DNA from: Bacilli bacterium | GTDB taxonomy: Bacteria > Bacillota > Bacilli > Paenibacillales > KCTC-25726 | Assembly: GCA_036381315.1 (NCBI GenBank) | Contig: DASVDB010000108.1 | Location: 22,104-86,103 of the forward strand | Direction of reading: 5' to 3' | Length of the DNA stretch: 64,000 bases | Shown: in pieces, positions 63,154 through 64,000 of the stretch | How the letters are laid out: every line of letters begins with the position of its first letter | How positions within the stretch are numbered: position 1 is the first letter of the stretch | The notes under the pieces: model-generated | Told to the model about the DNA's origin: nothing | The model's database searches: none | What the model saw: the letters and a program-made list of their open reading frames with translations, nothing else | Position numbers and translations under genes: made by a program

Positions 63154-64000
63154 ATGCTGCCACTGGATGAAAAGAAGCAAATCGTCAAGATTTGCAAACT
63201 TTATTATATGGAATCTTGGACCCAGGAACGTATCGCCGCCAAATATGGCGTATCCCGACCGGTTATCTCCAAATTGCTCCAGCGTGCGCGCGATGAAGGC
63301 ATCGTGCAAATTACAATCCATGACGATACGTTGCAAATCGCCGAATTGGAAAGAGAGATTGAGCAAAAATTCGAGCTCGATCAAGTTTTTGTGGTGTCGA
63401 TAGGAGATATGGCGCCGGATCTCGCTATGTCCGAGGTGGGCAAAAGCGCGGTCGGCTTCATTATGAAGCTTGTCCGCAATGCACGCCGGATCGGGGTTTC
63501 ATGGGGCATGACGCTGCACCAGATTATCCGGGAAATTCCTTACGAAGAACAGAAGGACGTGCGAATTATTCCTTTGATCGGCGGAATGGGAAGAGACCGG
63601 ATTGAGCTGCACTCGAATCAATTGGCCTATGAAATGTCCAAAAAGCTTGGCGGCAAGTGCGAATCCCTGTACGCCCCCGCGATAGTCGAATCGAAAGATT
63701 TGCGGGACGCCCTGGTCAAATCGCCGAACATCGCCTCCGTTATTGCCGAAGGGGCGAAAGCGGACCTCGCGCTGGTCGGCATCGGCAACCCGTACGAATC
63801 GTCGACCATGGTGGAAATTGGTTATCTGGGCCAAAAAGAGTTGCTTGAGCTCAAAAAAGCGGGGGTGGTCGCCGACGTAAATTCCCGTTTCATCAAAAGC
63901 GACGGCAGTATTTCCGCCAGCGATATCAACAACAAAGTAATCGGCATTGAGCTTGAACAGTTGACACAAATCGGAAAAGTCGTCGGAATCGCCGTCGGGA
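63154..64000 (+). CDS. SorC/DeoR-family sugar-binding transcriptional regulator, 5' part (runs off the window)
   Basis: Not in the ORF track because no stop falls within the window. My translation from ATG 63154 reads MLPLDEKKQIVKICKLYYMESWTQERIAAKYGVSRPVISKLLQRARDEGIVQITIHDD ... GVSWGMTL ... IPLIGGMG ... ADLALVGIGNP. This is an HTH plus a SorC-type sugar-phosphate-binding domain. Confidence 0.8.
   Translation, partial: MLPLDEKKQIVKICKLYYMESWTQERIAAKYGVSRPVISKLLQRARDEGIVQITIHDDTLQIAELEREIEQKFELDQVFVVSIGDMAPDLAMSEVGKSAVGFIMKLVRNARRIGVSWGMTLHQIIREIPYEEQKDVRIIPLIGGMGRDRIELHSNQLAYEMSKKLGGKCESLYAPAIVESKDLRDALVKSPNIASVIAEGAKADLALVGIGNPYESSTMVEIGYLGQKELLELKKAGVVADVNSRFIKSDGSISASDINNKVIGIELEQLTQIGKVVGIAVG

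Overview
64-kb window, apparently from a Gram-positive Firmicute and most likely a Paenibacillaceae genome. That placement is inference from SLH-anchored giant glycanases, YesM/YesN-type two-component systems, lipoprotein-type ABC binding proteins and mid-50s % GC by eye. All calls rest on motif recognition in the supplied translations and on reading the DNA; no database search was run. The window is almost entirely accessory carbohydrate and respiratory metabolism. Left to right: (1) The 3' part of a GH78 rhamnosidase homologue whose catalytic motifs look eroded, then IclR-SDR-FAH hydrolase genes. (2) An AraC regulator divergent from a TIM-barrel / Gfo-Idh-MocA / TIM-barrel trio. (3) A LacI-controlled MalEFG-like transporter, a GH31 alpha-glucosidase, two GH87-like (alpha-1,3-glucanase/mycodextranase) giant secreted proteins and a 1876-aa SLH-anchored PL9-like lyase. 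(4) A well-expressed-looking 62-aa ORF ending in WWS, divergent from an orphan ComP-like multi-TM histidine kinase. (5) A YesMN-like TCS, a sugar ABC transporter and a GH66-like hydrolase. (6) A 1.2-kb repeat-dense non-coding island with a nested palindromic element and an aminotransferase gene relic. (7) A compact clade II nitrous-oxide reductase cluster (cytochrome c, nosZ, nosB-like, nosD, nosY, nosF, YtkA-like lipoprotein) behind an Fnr/Crp-type class II promoter. (8) A SAF-domain oxidoreductase and MgtC. (9) An Fe3+/thiamine-type ABC transporter, an MBL hydrolase, a HAD phosphatase and acoABCL-like 2-oxoacid dehydrogenase complex genes. (10) The 5' part of a SorC-family regulator. No rRNA, tRNA, CRISPR array, transposase or phage genes were seen. 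The most unusual items are the ComX/ComP-like orphan pair, the minimal nos cluster with a YtkA-like lipoprotein in the NosL slot, the six-fold beta-trefoil GH87 protein with a very recent internal duplication, and the repeat island at the nos boundary.
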